From assembly GCA_038870455.1 (NCBI GenBank), contig JAWCPB010000014.1:1-27554 (forward strand): a stretch of DNA of 27,554 nt. Reading direction: 5' to 3'. This DNA is from Candidatus Micrarchaeia archaeon. Lineage in GTDB: Archaea; Micrarchaeota; Micrarchaeia; Burarchaeales; JACRGF01. Shown piece after piece: positions 14,988 through 23,343 of this stretch. A model generated the notes under the pieces. That model made no database searches. It was not told the DNA's origin and was given only the letters and a program-made list of their open reading frames with translations. The position numbers and the translations under genes are program-made. Within the stretch, counting starts at the first letter, position 1; each line of letters opens with the position of its first letter.

Positions 14988-15692
14988 GTGCTGAAAAGCC
15001 TTCTGCTCGCGCTGGGGATGAGCGTCGTGCTGTCTTCCGCAGAAGAAGTTTCTTTTTCTGTCACCGTGACCGACGCGCCCACGACGCTGTTCCAGCAGGC
15101 CGTGCCCTCCTCGCTGTCCTCGCCAGGCTGGGTTTCGCTCGCCTGCGGCTACCGGTACGAAGGCGGAACGGTGCCCAACGGAAGGTGCAGCATTCTCGTG
15201 GATTCCTCTTCCTACGACGCAGCCCCGCCGGCCTTCGCGCGCTCTGTGTTCCTGTCCGCGGGCAACCACTCGTGGAGGTGTGATTGTAGCGCCGATGGCT
15301 TCGCCCCGCAGTCCGGTCAGCCGCAGAGGATTGAGGTGGGGAGCGCCCAGCCCTCTCCCTCTCCTGAAGAGCGCGCGCTGGCGCTCCAGCTCGTCGCTGA
15401 GGCGAACGACAGCGTGGCGAGGGCGAGGGAGAGCGGGCTCGACACAGAGGAGGCTGAGGGTTACGTGAGGCTCGCCGCGCTCGCTCTCGCCCAGAACGAC
15501 ACGGTCAGGGCGAGCTCGTTTGCGGTGAGCGCCAAGACGGTCGCGGCCGGCGCGCCCCCGAAGTCCGCGGTGTTTGTGCTCGAGTCCTTCAGCCGGGTGG
15601 CCGCGCCCGCCATAACCATCGCGGCCCTCGCCATCGTCATCGCCTCGCTGTACTTCTTCAGGACTTACTTGAGGAATAGAGAGGCGGGCTAG
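14988..15692 (+). CDS. Secreted, C-terminally anchored hypothetical protein
   Basis: Signal peptide, beta-rich domain with four Cys, helical bundle (ARARESGLDTEEAE) and a C-terminal TM with a basic tail. Confidence 0.75.
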   Translation: MLKSLLLALGMSVVLSSAEEVSFSVTVTDAPTTLFQQAVPSSLSSPGWVSLACGYRYEGGTVPNGRCSILVDSSSYDAAPPAFARSVFLSAGNHSWRCDCSADGFAPQSGQPQRIEVGSAQPSPSPEERALALQLVAEANDSVARARESGLDTEEAEGYVRLAALALAQNDTVRASSFAVSAKTVAAGAPPKSAVFVLESFSRVAAPAITIAALAIVIASLYFFRTYLRNREAG

Positions 15693-15991
15693 GCAAAAAC
15701 AGTGTTGCACACCGGGCACTGGTTCATCCTGTACTTGGCTTCATAGCCGCACACCGGGCACTTGAAAGTCTGCTCTGTCTCGGTGAAGCTCTTTCCGCAG
15801 TGCGGGCAGATTTTCGCGTTCCAGGGGATTTCCTTCTTGCAGTTCGGGCAGGTTATCTTGAACATCTCGCTGACTTTGGCGTGGCAGGTGGGGCACTCCT
15901 CGCTTCCTTCGGGGATGTAGCCCTTGCAGCGCAGGCACCACAGTCCCCTCGTCGTTTCCTTTTTCCCGAGCAGGAGGTCGAGTATTCCCAT
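15689..15991 (-). CDS. Triple zinc-ribbon (DZR-like) protein
   Basis: Six CxxC motifs in three repeats of about 29 aa; N-terminus MGILDLLLGKK. Confidence 0.85.
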   Translation of the reverse strand: MGILDLLLGKKETTRGLWCLRCKGYIPEGSEECPTCHAKVSEMFKITCPNCKKEIPWNAKICPHCGKSFTETEQTFKCPVCGYEAKYRMNQCPVCNTVFA

Positions 15992-15992
15992 G

Positions 15993-16940
15993 CTATCGCC
16001 TTAGTGCGGCGAAGAGAGCCAGCGCGAGGAGGGCGAACAGCCCGCACGGCCTCTGCGGAGCCGGGGGCGCGGTGGCGTTCGCGGTCGTGACGTTTCCGGT
16101 GATGTTTCCGCCTATGGCGATGTTCGCCACCCTCTTGACGCACGAGCAGTCTGGGAACGGCTTCTGTTCCTCGTCTGGAAGGCAGGCGTTCGCGCAGCTC
16201 ACGTTCTCGGTCACGTTCGGCGTTGTGACGGTGATGTTGTCGCTCGCACGGCAGTCAGCCAGCCTGGCTTCAGCGAGCGAGAGCGCGGCCTGCGCGTGCT
16301 GCGCTGCAAGGCCCGCTTGGCTCGTCGCGTTCGCCACCTCGCATGCGGCGAGCGCGCCCGCGGCTTTTGCCAGGGAGGAACTCACGGCGGCGAGCTCAGC
16401 CTCGCCGGCTCCGGCGCAGCAAGGGCCGCAGCCAGCGAGCACGGCCTTCGCCTGTTCGGCGGTCGCATTCGCGCCCGCCATGTTCAAAACAACCCCCTCC
16501 TCAACAGGGTCTGGCTGGTGAATTATTTTGAAAACGAATTCCTTCGCGTAGCTGATTCCCTGGCACTCGGAGGTCAGGCGGAGGAGCTTGACCTCGACCT
16601 CGCCTCTCCCAGTTCCGCCAAGCTTTACGGGCACAGTCGCCCTGCAGTTGGCGGCAGGCGGGACTATGCACAACTGTCCTCCGGGCACGAAACCCCTCTG
16701 GTCGAAGTCGTACCTCTCGTAATACACCACGAACGCTTCCGTGCACTGGGCCGGCCTGGCCACGTCGAACTCTATCCTGGGCGGCGCCTGGGTGGGCAGC
16801 CTGCAGTTGTACACGCTGAGCGCGTCGGTTCCACTCAGCGTGGCCGCCCCGCTCACGCCGATGACGACAGCATCGAACTCCTCGACTGCGAGGACTGGCA
16901 GGGCGAGGAGCGCAAGGGCAAAAAGCGCAAGCACTCGCAT
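15993..16940 (-). CDS. Cys-rich secreted glycoprotein with a C-terminal Cys/hydrophobic/RR sorting-like signal
   Basis: Signal peptide MRVLALFALALLALPVLA, many N-x-T/S sequons, and tail PCGLFALLALALFAALRR. Confidence 0.8.
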   Translation of the reverse strand: MRVLALFALALLALPVLAVEEFDAVVIGVSGAATLSGTDALSVYNCRLPTQAPPRIEFDVARPAQCTEAFVVYYERYDFDQRGFVPGGQLCIVPPAANCRATVPVKLGGTGRGEVEVKLLRLTSECQGISYAKEFVFKIIHQPDPVEEGVVLNMAGANATAEQAKAVLAGCGPCCAGAGEAELAAVSSSLAKAAGALAACEVANATSQAGLAAQHAQAALSLAEARLADCRASDNITVTTPNVTENVSCANACLPDEEQKPFPDCSCVKRVANIAIGGNITGNVTTANATAPPAPQRPCGLFALLALALFAALRR

Positions 16941-17001
16941 GCGCTTCCTTCTCCCTTCCCCTTAAAATATGTTTTTATGCGTTCGGCGGGAAAGCGTTGG
17001 C

Positions 17002-17502
17002 ATGGACGCGGTGACCGCGTGGCTCGCCTCGCTCGATCTCCCCCCGCTCACCCACCTCTCCATGCTCGTGCACGAGCACGTGTATCTGCTCACCCTGCTA
17101 CTTTTCATCGCCTCAATCCCGTTCTTCTCCCAGAAACGGCGCCTGCTCACCGTCTTCGTGGGGCTCGTGCTCCTGCTCTTCGCCACGCTCGCGCTGAAGA
17201 ACGGCTACGCCGAGCTCCGGCCTTGCGACGCGAGCGTTGCCGGCGCGGTTGCCTCGAAAGTCGCCTGCCCGCGACCGCCGGACTACTCGTTCCCCAGCGG
17301 CCACGCTGTGCTCGTTTTCTTCTTTCTCGCGGCCACGATAGGCACGGGCGCGTTCCTGCCTTACTACGCGCTCGCGCTCTTCACCGCCTTCTCGCGGCTT
17401 TATCTCGGCGTGCATTTCCTCGGCGACGTCACGGCGGGCATTGTGGTCGGCGTGCTCGGCTACGCGGTCGCGGAGAAGATCACCGACGCGTGGGTGAAGT
17501 GA
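17002..17502 (+). CDS. PAP2 family membrane phosphatase (lipid pyrophosphate phosphatase-like)
   Basis: C1 K...RP, C2 SFPSGH and C3 SRLYLGVHFLGDV motifs. ATG at 17002. Confidence 0.93.
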   Translation: MDAVTAWLASLDLPPLTHLSMLVHEHVYLLTLLLFIASIPFFSQKRRLLTVFVGLVLLLFATLALKNGYAELRPCDASVAGAVASKVACPRPPDYSFPSGHAVLVFFFLAATIGTGAFLPYYALALFTAFSRLYLGVHFLGDVTAGIVVGVLGYAVAEKITDAWVK

Positions 17503-18081
17503 ATGGCTGAGAATTCCTTTGAGCTGAGGCGGAAGCTCCTGCACATGGGCGCCGGGGCGGTCGTGCTCGCCCCCCTTTTCTTCGGCGGAGAGGCGGTGAG
17601 GGCGCCCCTCCTGCTGCTGCTGTCGCTCGCCTTCCTGGCCGGCGTGTATTTCGTGGACAGGAAGATGAAGGGAAGGCCGACGCCCCTGTTCGACCCGCTT
17701 CTGCGCCTCGTGGAGAGGCCGGGCCACCCGCCGGGCTACGGCGCCTTCTGGTACGGCGTCGGCCTTCTCCTCCTCTTCTCTTTCCTGAACAGCGCCAGGC
17801 AAATCGCTGCTGGAGTGTTCATACTCGCCTTCGCCGACGGCCTCGCCTCGGTGTTCGGCAGGGGAGGGCACCCGCTTCCGCACAATCCGGCAAAGAGCTG
17901 GGAGGGGCTGGCGACGTTCTTCATCGTGGCGTCGCTCACCCAGCTCTTCCTGCCTGTGGGTGAGGGCCCGCTTTTCCTCGCGGCATTCGCCGCGCTCGTG
18001 GAAAGCTTTAACTTGCACCTTGACGACAACATCACCGTGCCCCTCGCGTGCGCGGTTTTCTTCAGGCTGTGGGGCGGGTGA
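17503..18081 (+). CDS. Dolichol/phytol kinase family (SEC59-like, CTP-dependent)
   Basis: ELRRKLLH, ADGLAS.FG, KSWEG and LVES...DDNITVP motifs. Confidence 0.88.
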   Translation: MAENSFELRRKLLHMGAGAVVLAPLFFGGEAVRAPLLLLLSLAFLAGVYFVDRKMKGRPTPLFDPLLRLVERPGHPPGYGAFWYGVGLLLLFSFLNSARQIAAGVFILAFADGLASVFGRGGHPLPHNPAKSWEGLATFFIVASLTQLFLPVGEGPLFLAAFAALVESFNLHLDDNITVPLACAVFFRLWGG

Positions 18082-18085
18082 GGAC

Positions 18086-18760
18086 GTGGAGGAGGCGAAG
18101 GAGAGGGCGGCGCGTGAGGCCGCCAAGCTGGTCAAAAAAGGCATGGCGCTCGGGCTTGGCACGGGCAGCACGGCGGCGCGCTTCATCGAGGCGGTCGCCG
18201 CCAGAGAGAGGGCGGAGGGGCTGGGCCTGCGCTGCGTGGCCACTTCGCTGCGCTCCGAGGAGCTCGCCCGGCGGCTCGGCCTGCGCGTGCTGACGCTCGA
18301 GGAAGTCGAGGGCATAGACCTGGCGGTGGATGGCGCGGACCAGATTGACCCGCGCCTCAACCTGCTCAAGGGCCTCGGCGGCGGCGCCGTGACAAGGGAG
18401 AAGGTGGTGGATTACCTCGCAAAAAAATTCGTGGTCATCGCAGATGAGAGCAAGGCCGTGAAGAGGCTTGACGGCGTTGTCGCCGTGGAGGTCATCCGCT
18501 TCGCGGCGGGCGCGGTCGCGCGCGCGCTCAAGCGCATGGGCGCGTCCGTGAATTACAGGCTGAACGAGCGCGGCGAGCGCTTCACAACCGACAACGGCAA
18601 TTTTATGCTCGACGCGCGGTTCGGCGTGATTAAAAATCCGGCCAAGCTAGAGAGAGACATAAACGCCATTCCCGGCGTGGTGGAGAACGGAATTTTTGCG
18701 GGCAGGGCCTCCCTCGCAATCATCGGCTCTGAAAAGGGCGTGCGCGCGCTCAAGCGCTGA
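18086..18760 (+). CDS. rpiA: Ribose-5-phosphate isomerase A
   Basis: LGLGTGST, DLAVDGAD, KGLGGGAVTREK and IPGVVENGIF. GTG start at 18086. Confidence 0.96.
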   Translation: MEEAKERAAREAAKLVKKGMALGLGTGSTAARFIEAVAARERAEGLGLRCVATSLRSEELARRLGLRVLTLEEVEGIDLAVDGADQIDPRLNLLKGLGGGAVTREKVVDYLAKKFVVIADESKAVKRLDGVVAVEVIRFAAGAVARALKRMGASVNYRLNERGERFTTDNGNFMLDARFGVIKNPAKLERDINAIPGVVENGIFAGRASLAIIGSEKGVRALKR

Positions 18761-19534
18761 TCACCAGCTGCCGTACTTTTTCTCAAAACCAGCCGGAAAG
18801 GCGATGCCCCAGGCCGCCAGCACCTCGATGCTCCCCTGCACGGCGTTCCAGAAGAAAATCCTCTCCCAGGGGAGCGCGCGCATGATCTCCTGGGTGGCCT
18901 GCCCGAAGAACAGCGGGCCGGCGTAATAGTAATTCACCACAGTCATCACGAGCCCGCGCACGACAAGCGAAACCGCAAGCACTTCCAGAAGCACCTTTGC
19001 TTTCGCGAACTCGTCCGCCCTCAGCATCCTCTTCTGCCTGCTCCACAGGGCGTGCAGCGCCACCGAGTACAGCGCTATGGCGAGCACCGGCAGCACACCG
19101 AGGAGAAGCGGGTCGGTGATCTCCACCCACGCCTGGCTCGCCAGGTTCACCGCCCCGGACAGCACAAACGCCGTCAGCGAATAGGCCGTTCCTACCACGA
19201 GAATGGCCGCCAGCTTTCCCGCATCCAAGTTCTTCCTGTAAAGCGCGTAAGTGGCGGGCACGATTATCATGCTCATGGTTCCGGCGAACTTCGTGCTCGC
19301 ACCCAGCCAGGAGTCGGGCGCCGCAAAAGTTATGGCCAGCGCGGTGAGCACGCTCACATACAGCGCGTGCTCGAACCCGAAGAGGAAAAAAGCCAGCAGC
19401 GCGGGCACGCCGACCAGATCAACCCACATGAAGCCCGTGACCGACATCGGCAGGCCGATGAAATTGTGGGAGAACTGCAGCAGCACGGCGAGCGCTGCGA
19501 GGAAGGCGACCGCCACGACTTCAAAAACCCGCAT
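18761..19534 (-). CDS. ECF transporter S component-like membrane protein (extended)
   Basis: N-terminal AFLAALAVLL (AxxxA), D...VPALLAFFLFG, and C-terminal MTVVNYYYAGP...FFWNAVQG. Confidence 0.75.
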   Translation of the reverse strand: MRVFEVVAVAFLAALAVLLQFSHNFIGLPMSVTGFMWVDLVGVPALLAFFLFGFEHALYVSVLTALAITFAAPDSWLGASTKFAGTMSMIIVPATYALYRKNLDAGKLAAILVVGTAYSLTAFVLSGAVNLASQAWVEITDPLLLGVLPVLAIALYSVALHALWSRQKRMLRADEFAKAKVLLEVLAVSLVVRGLVMTVVNYYYAGPLFFGQATQEIMRALPWERIFFWNAVQGSIEVLAAWGIAFPAGFEKKYGSW

Positions 19535-19582
19535 GCGGGCGTTAAGCGCATCGAATATTTATTATGATTGCGAAAAAGGCGC

Positions 19583-20119
19583 ATGCCGCGCATTGACAAC
19601 AAGGCCCTCGCCTCCCTGCTCCTCTCGCTGGCCATAACCGCGCTCGCGCTGTGGCTGGGGCCGCAGCTTTCCCAGCAGCAGCTCGCCGCATGGGGCTACT
19701 TGGGCGTTTTTGTGATGATGCTCGTGTCGAGCGCCACAGTCATACTCCCTGTTCCGGGCCTCGCAGTCGTCTTCGTGCTCGGCCACTACACCAATCCGCT
19801 CCTGCTCGGCATCGCGGCGGGCTTGGGAAGTGGGCTCGGCGAGCTCACCGGCTACCTCGCGGGCTACGGCGCTGAAGGGCTTTTCAGGAAAAAAGAGGGA
19901 GCGCGCTATCGCGCGCTGCGCGACTGGATGTTCAAGCAGAACCACGGGGCGCTCGCGCTCTTCTTCCTCGCGCTCATCCCAAATCCCGCTTTCGACCTTG
20001 CAGGCATCGTTGCGGGCGCAACGCGCTACACCTGGTGGAAGTTCCTGGCAGCGGTCATCCTCGGCAAGACAATTCGTTCGATAGCGCTTGCTTGGCTCGG
20101 CAGCAAGCTCTGGTTTTAG
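19583..20119 (+). CDS. DedA/VTT domain membrane protein
   Basis: SATVILPVPG, GSGLGELTGYLAG, IPNPAFDLAGIVAG and GKTIR motifs. Confidence 0.9.
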   Translation: MPRIDNKALASLLLSLAITALALWLGPQLSQQQLAAWGYLGVFVMMLVSSATVILPVPGLAVVFVLGHYTNPLLLGIAAGLGSGLGELTGYLAGYGAEGLFRKKEGARYRALRDWMFKQNHGALALFFLALIPNPAFDLAGIVAGATRYTWWKFLAAVILGKTIRSIALAWLGSKLWF

Positions 20120-20283
20120 AGAAACCGGCCCGGGCCCCTTTCCCCGGGCGCCTTCCTCCCCCTCGCGTGGTCTTCGCACACCCCGCCCCTGATGTGCCTC
20201 TCGCATGTCGGAAGGCCGCACAGGCTGCAGCTCTGCACCGCCGGCCGCCCGCAGATGTGGCACAAGCCCACGAGCTCTGGCAT
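20116..20283 (-). CDS. Small 55-aa zinc-finger protein (MPELVGLCHICGRPAVQSCSLCGLPTCERHIRGGVCEDHARGRK...)
   Basis: Translated by hand (below the ORF-track cutoff). Eight ligands: CxxC, CxxC, CxxH, CxxH. It fills the gap between DedA and GT4, with TTTAAA about 24 nt upstream on the minus strand. Confidence 0.8.
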   Translation of the reverse strand: MPELVGLCHICGRPAVQSCSLCGLPTCERHIRGGVCEDHARGRKAPGERGPGRFL

Positions 20284-20333
20284 GGAAAGACTTTTGCACG
20301 CGGTTTTTTAAACTCCCACCCCCAAGCGCTGTC

Positions 20334-21554
20334 ATGCGGCTCGCCTACTTCGTGTGGGAATACCCGCCGCGCCTCATCGGCGGCCTCGGAACGTACGCGG
20401 CAGAGATGACGGCACAGCTGGCGGCCAAGGGCCACGACGTCACGGTCTTCACCATGAACGACGGAGCCAAGCTGCCGACTTTCGAGGAAATTGGCGAGAG
20501 AATAGAGGTGCATCGCCCGCTTGTCGCGGACGCCACGGCAGTGCTGCCCGTTTTTGTCGACGAGGAGCTGCGTCGGTGGGGCGAGGGCCTGCGCTTCTTC
20601 GGCGACGTGCTGACCTACAATTTCCTGAGCGCCAACCTTTTCGCCAACAAGATCGCGAAGAAGGAGGGCTTCGACCTCGTCGTGTGCCACGACTGGCTCT
20701 CGGCCATCGCCGGCGTGGTCGCGCAGAAGAACACGGGCAGGCCCATGGTTTTCCACGTGCACTCCACGGAGCACGGCAGGAGCGGGGGGCGGGGCTCCTC
20801 CACCATACGCAACCTGGAGTACACCACCGCGCAGAACGCCGACATGATAATAACGGTCAGCTACTCGATGCGCGAGGAGCTGCACGTGCTGAACTTCCCG
20901 GGCGCGCGCATTCGCGTGATGTGGAACGGCGTTGATGAGAAGAAGTACAACATCGCCAACTTTCCGGCAGAGGAGCGGGCCGCCTGCAGGAAGCGGCTCG
21001 GCTTCGCCGAAGACGACAAGGTCGTCCTATTCACGGGCAGGCTCACCTTCGTCAAGGGCGTCGACTCTCTCGTGCGCGCCCTTCCCCTCGTGCTCGCCAA
21101 GGTGCCGAAGGCCAGGCTCGTCATCCTCGGGCGGGGCGAGATGGCCGACGAGATTCGCGCGCTCATCGCGCGCCACGGGCTGAAGGACAAGGTCGTGCTC
21201 ATAGACAAGTGGGTGGAGGAGAGGGAGCGCCTGCTGCTGTACGCCTGCTGCGATGCCGTGTGCGCGCCCTCGCGCTACGAGCCGTTCGGCATCGTTCCGC
21301 TCGAGGGCATGGCCATGGGCAAGCCCGTCGTCGTCGGGCTGGGCGGCCTGCGCGAGACCGTGCTGGACGGCAAGAACGGCTTCTGGTGCGAGCCCGACAA
21401 GCCCGAGAGCATTGCCGCGGGCCTCATCCGCCTTCTCGGAGACGATGCGCTCGCCAAGGCCATGGGCGAGGCGGGCAGAAAGCGCGTTGAAAAGCTCTAC
21501 ACATGGGAAAAAATAGCCCACGAGACCATCGAGCTCTACGAGAGCGTCATCTAG
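20334..21554 (+). CDS. GT4 family glycosyltransferase (glycogen-synthase-like)
   Basis: WEYPP..IGGLG, HDW, HVHSTEHGR, GRL...KG and PSRYEPFGIVPLEGMA. ATG at 20334. Confidence 0.94.
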   Translation: MRLAYFVWEYPPRLIGGLGTYAAEMTAQLAAKGHDVTVFTMNDGAKLPTFEEIGERIEVHRPLVADATAVLPVFVDEELRRWGEGLRFFGDVLTYNFLSANLFANKIAKKEGFDLVVCHDWLSAIAGVVAQKNTGRPMVFHVHSTEHGRSGGRGSSTIRNLEYTTAQNADMIITVSYSMREELHVLNFPGARIRVMWNGVDEKKYNIANFPAEERAACRKRLGFAEDDKVVLFTGRLTFVKGVDSLVRALPLVLAKVPKARLVILGRGEMADEIRALIARHGLKDKVVLIDKWVEERERLLLYACCDAVCAPSRYEPFGIVPLEGMAMGKPVVVGLGGLRETVLDGKNGFWCEPDKPESIAAGLIRLLGDDALAKAMGEAGRKRVEKLYTWEKIAHETIELYESVI

Positions 21555-22186
21555 TCCCTTACGACAACCTCTGCCTTTTCCCCGTCCTTGAGCCCGAGCT
21601 TTTTCCTCAAGTAATATCCCGAGGCAATTTCTATCACGTCATTCCCGTAGTGAGAGCGCGCGGGAATGACCACCGCGCCCTCAACGCCGTTCACCCTCGC
21701 CCGGAATGCTTTGAGCCCGCCGAACACCCTCCCGTTGTGCTCGAACCCATTGATCTCTATTCCATTCCTCTGCGCGAGCAAAATCTTTTTCTCTGGCTCG
21801 CCCACCCTCAGGTTCAGCGTCCCGGGATAGGGGTCGAAGCCGAGCTTTTCCTTGAATTGCCTCCTGTAGCCGTCGAGCGACATGTAGTACCTGCCGTCGC
21901 GCAGGCCTGTGAACACATTGCCCTCGAAAGTGATGGCGGTGTGGGCGAAGAGCGCCTTAAGGCTCATGTGCGCGGCCCGCAGCCTTTCCATGCTCTTTTC
22001 GGTGAGCCTCACCGCCCCCCTGCGCCTCTCAACCAAGCCCGCCCTCTCCAGCTCGGCGAGCCGCCGCGAGGCAGTCTGCTGGCTCGCCCCGATGCGGCGG
22101 GCAATGGCAGCCGTGCTCAAGCGTGCCCAGCCATGACCGGCTCCCTCTGCCGCCAGCAGGATGAGCAGCTCCAGCTCCCCCCTCAT
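21551..22186 (-). CDS. ribK: CTP-dependent riboflavin kinase with N-terminal winged HTH (RbkR type)
   Basis: HTH SQQTASRRLAELE; kinase motifs GNVFTGLRDGRYY, GFDPYPGTLN and EIAS..YLR..L.LKDG. Confidence 0.93.
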   Translation of the reverse strand: MRGELELLILLAAEGAGHGWARLSTAAIARRIGASQQTASRRLAELERAGLVERRRGAVRLTEKSMERLRAAHMSLKALFAHTAITFEGNVFTGLRDGRYYMSLDGYRRQFKEKLGFDPYPGTLNLRVGEPEKKILLAQRNGIEINGFEHNGRVFGGLKAFRARVNGVEGAVVIPARSHYGNDVIEIASGYYLRKKLGLKDGEKAEVVVRD

Positions 22187-22222
22187 GCCAAGCTTTATAT
22201 CCGCCCAGACTTATAATATATT

Positions 22223-22290
22223 GCGTCGATGAAGACATGAACAACCGCGCAGCCGAAAGGCGATGACGAGGCTGACAGAGCCAGAGACGC
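22223..22290 (+). ncRNA. Box C/D 2'-O-methylation guide sRNA
   Basis: Terminal stem GCGTC/GACGC; box C ATGAAGA; 12-nt guide; degenerate D' CGCA; GCC-GAAA-GGC hairpin; C' ATGACGA; 12-nt guide; box D CAGA; then a T6 tract. TTTATAT about 23 nt upstream. Confidence 0.7.
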
Positions 22291-22296
22291 TTTTTT
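22291..22296 (+). terminator. Oligo-T terminator of the C/D sRNA
   Basis: TTTTTT immediately after the closing stem. Confidence 0.5.
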
Positions 22297-22302
22297 GAGG
22301 CA

Positions 22303-23301
22303 TCACGGGCGCCGCGCGACTACGAGCGCAAGCGAAAGCAGGAGAAACACCCCGAGGCACTTGAGGGGAACCTCGGGCGGCGACGTGACGTTCTGCGGCG
22401 GAGTGAGTGGGGCCATCTCGGGCGAAGGAGGAGTTGTTGGCGGGGTGATGTTTGGCGACACGGGCCGCGTGATGTTCGGAGCGGGCTGCTGGGTGGCGTT
22501 CGGCTGTGGCGCGGGTGCTGGAGGCTGTTGAGGCGGGGCAAGCGGCACGCACGCGGCATCCTCTTTAATCCCCCCGATTGGAATCATCATGTCGATGTCA
22601 ATATCCGCGCACGGCGGCGCGGCGTAGTAGGTCGCGCAGTAGCGGCCGCTTTTCTCTCCCTCCCCAAGCGACAAGTTGCTCTTGGCCGGCCCCCAGCTGA
22701 CCTCAAGCAGAGCAGTTTCCTCCCCGATCACGGCATCCCCTTCTCTCGTGCAGCTCACGCTCGCGTTGGCTGCCAGCAGCCGCACGCTCAAGTCCCTCAG
22801 GCTCGCGCTCTCGCCAGGCCTGAGAAAGTGCAGCGCGTAGCCGCTTGGGTTTCCGCTGGCATCGAGTTGCCTCAGCGATAGCGAGACTGAAAAGTTCTCG
22901 GCGACCGCGCTGTAGTTCTCTGCCGGTCCCTCGCACGCATAGCCCGGCGCGCACCCCCCGCACGTTTCGCCCGTGGGCTGCGCCACGCCCACATACAGCG
23001 TGGTCTGGTAGGTGATCAGCATCCTCATGTTGCACTTTGCAACGACAACCTGCCGCCCGTCAGCGCATCTCTCGATGACGTCCGCGGTGCAGCTGGCCGC
23101 CGGCACGCAGCCCGCGGCCTCTACGCTGCACGCCTTTCCTTCGGCAAAACAAGAGCGCTCGCGCGCGGCAAACGCGCCGGCCACACACTCCTTGTAATAG
23201 AGCGTGCCGTTCAGGTCGCACCTCACGCCGGCAATCTCCCCAGGCCTGCAGGCCGCAGCGGCCATGCCCGCAACCGCCAGCAGGAGCAGCAGCGCGCGCA
23301 T
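22303..23301 (-). CDS. Cys-rich secreted glycoprotein with Pro/Thr linker and a C-terminal Cys/hydrophobic/RR sorting-like signal
   Basis: Real start MRALLLLLAVAGMAAAA at 23301; the longer ORF is antisense to HDAC. About 16 Cys, PNAT/PNIT/QNVT sequons, tail KCLGVFLLLSLALVVARRP. Confidence 0.8.
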   Translation of the reverse strand: MRALLLLLAVAGMAAAACRPGEIAGVRCDLNGTLYYKECVAGAFAARERSCFAEGKACSVEAAGCVPAASCTADVIERCADGRQVVVAKCNMRMLITYQTTLYVGVAQPTGETCGGCAPGYACEGPAENYSAVAENFSVSLSLRQLDASGNPSGYALHFLRPGESASLRDLSVRLLAANASVSCTREGDAVIGEETALLEVSWGPAKSNLSLGEGEKSGRYCATYYAAPPCADIDIDMMIPIGGIKEDAACVPLAPPQQPPAPAPQPNATQQPAPNITRPVSPNITPPTTPPSPEMAPLTPPQNVTSPPEVPLKCLGVFLLLSLALVVARRP

Positions 23302-23343
23302 GCTAGGGTTTAAATTTGCCCCGAACTTAAACATTGCGTGCCA

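Noticed and set aside
22223-22290. Hammerhead ribozyme (CTGA and GAAA words) or a 5.8S/23S 5'-end fragment (GCGTCGATGAAGA)
   Set aside because: Hammerhead stems I-III cannot be formed and the core is CTGACAGA rather than CUGANGA. The rRNA resemblance is only about 13 nt. The C/D layout explains the whole element.
22380-22540. Pro/Thr-rich quasi-repeats (PAPQP, PNIT)
   Set aside because: An ordinary low-complexity glycosylated linker within a CDS, not a DNA repeat element.
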